Source of the DNA: Escherichia phage FS2B
DNA: 58,790 bases
Direction: 5' to 3' (one strand)
Sequence record: MW929182
The notes beneath the pieces are model-generated. The model saw only the letters and a program-made list of their open reading frames with translations, was not told the DNA's origin and made no database searches. Position 1 is the first letter of the stretch. Every line of letters starts with the position of its first letter. A program made the translations under genes and the position numbers. This document shows positions 58,218 to 58,790 of this stretch, one piece after another.

Positions 58218-58790
58218 TTACCACTCGTAACTTACACCAGCGCCCAGAACAGCGTCACTCTCTGAAGTCATTGCCACTGATGCTTTAGTTACTACGTTTT
58301 CATTGAAACGAGCACTAACACCAATAGCAAGAGCAGATTCACCATCGTAAGCACCTACCCCAGCACCAACAGAGAAAGCAGATCCTTGACTTACTTGCGG
58401 GATGTTAGCCATTGCAGCCACGCCAGAAATACCAGCAGAGGCATGATCACGGTTACGGTCTACTTGTTTTTGCAAAGAAGCAAAACGTTTGTTGGTGGAT
58501 TGTTCCAGAGCTTTGATAGATTTGGCGTTAGCATTAACGGCAGACATATCTGCATCTTTACCGTTTTTGCCATTTAATCCGTCAACGCCATTCAAACCTG
58601 CTGCACCAGTTAGGCCAGTTTCGCCTTTCTTACCATCTGCACCAGAATCACCTTTTTCACCTTGAGCGCCTTGTTCTCCATCAATGCCATCTTTACCATC
58701 AATGCCATCTTTACCATCAATGCCATCTTTACCATCAATGCCATCTTTACCATCAATGCCATCTTTACCATCAATGCCATCTTTACCATC
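58218..58790 (-). CDS. collagen-like (Gly-X-Y) repeat protein with YadA-anchor-like C-terminal domain, 5'-truncated by window edge
   Basis: Frame is open to the window end; hand translation of 58596..58790 gives (GIDGKD)n then GEQGAQGEKGDSGADGKKGETG; C-terminus AGISGVAAMANIPQ...GAGVSYEW resembles trimeric autotransporter anchors. Confidence 0.5.
   Translation of the reverse strand, partial: DGKDGIDGKDGIDGKDGIDGKDGIDGKDGIDGKDGIDGEQGAQGEKGDSGADGKKGETGLTGAAGLNGVDGLNGKNGKDADMSAVNANAKSIKALEQSTNKRFASLQKQVDRNRDHASAGISGVAAMANIPQVSQGSAFSVGAGVGAYDGESALAIGVSARFNENVVTKASVAMTSESDAVLGAGVSYEW
58677..58790 (-). repeat. tandem 18-bp direct repeat (at least 6 copies, continues beyond the window)
   Basis: Unit CCATCAATGCCATCTTTA repeated head-to-tail on the plus strand; in frame it encodes GIDGKD repeats on the minus strand. 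Confidence 0.8.

Noticed and set aside
58677-58790. Tandem 18-bp repeats at the right edge considered as a possible CRISPR array
   Set aside because: The units are contiguous with no spacers, and in frame they encode Gly-X-Y collagen-like repeats continuous with the downstream coding sequence

Overview
The window looks like a large part of the genome of a virulent tailed dsDNA phage, organised as two convergent arms that meet at a bidirectional intrinsic terminator near 18.86-18.90 kb. No searches or tools were run; all calls rest on reading motifs in the supplied ORF translations and on hand-translating selected regions. The plus-strand arm (2..18854) is a late/virion module: tail-fibre proteins (one with a C-terminal S74-like intramolecular chaperone), a GH24 lysozyme, an SLT transglycosylase, Gln/Asn-rich paralogs and a 1473-aa putative ejection protein. 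The minus-strand arm (58790 down to about 19050) is early/middle: a T7-like primase-helicase, a family A DNA polymerase whose polymerase and 3'-5' exonuclease parts are separate genes, a FEN-like exonuclease, an SSB-like protein, nucleotide-metabolism enzymes (ThyX-like, dCTP deaminase/dUTPase family, kinase, phosphoesterases, thioredoxin, PhoH), a sigma-factor-like protein, a macro domain protein, a spanin pair and a tRNA-Arg(UCU). The most unusual content is a co-directional operon (about 40.6-50.0 kb) encoding a GGCT-like protein, an ATP-grasp ligase, a class-II glutamine amidotransferase that appears to start at a non-AUG (ATT) codon, and two glutamine-synthetase-fold carboxylate-amine ligases, i.e. 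a predicted peptide or metabolite ligation/modification module. Other notable items are a roughly ten-member tandem family of small paralogous proteins in the early region, a two-copy conserved intergenic element, a CCA-adding-enzyme-like nucleotidyltransferase, and a partial collagen-like gene with a YadA-anchor-like C-terminus at the right edge. No integrase, transposase, CRISPR array or rRNA was seen. Gene starts are often uncertain because the ORF track treats GTG/TTG as starts.
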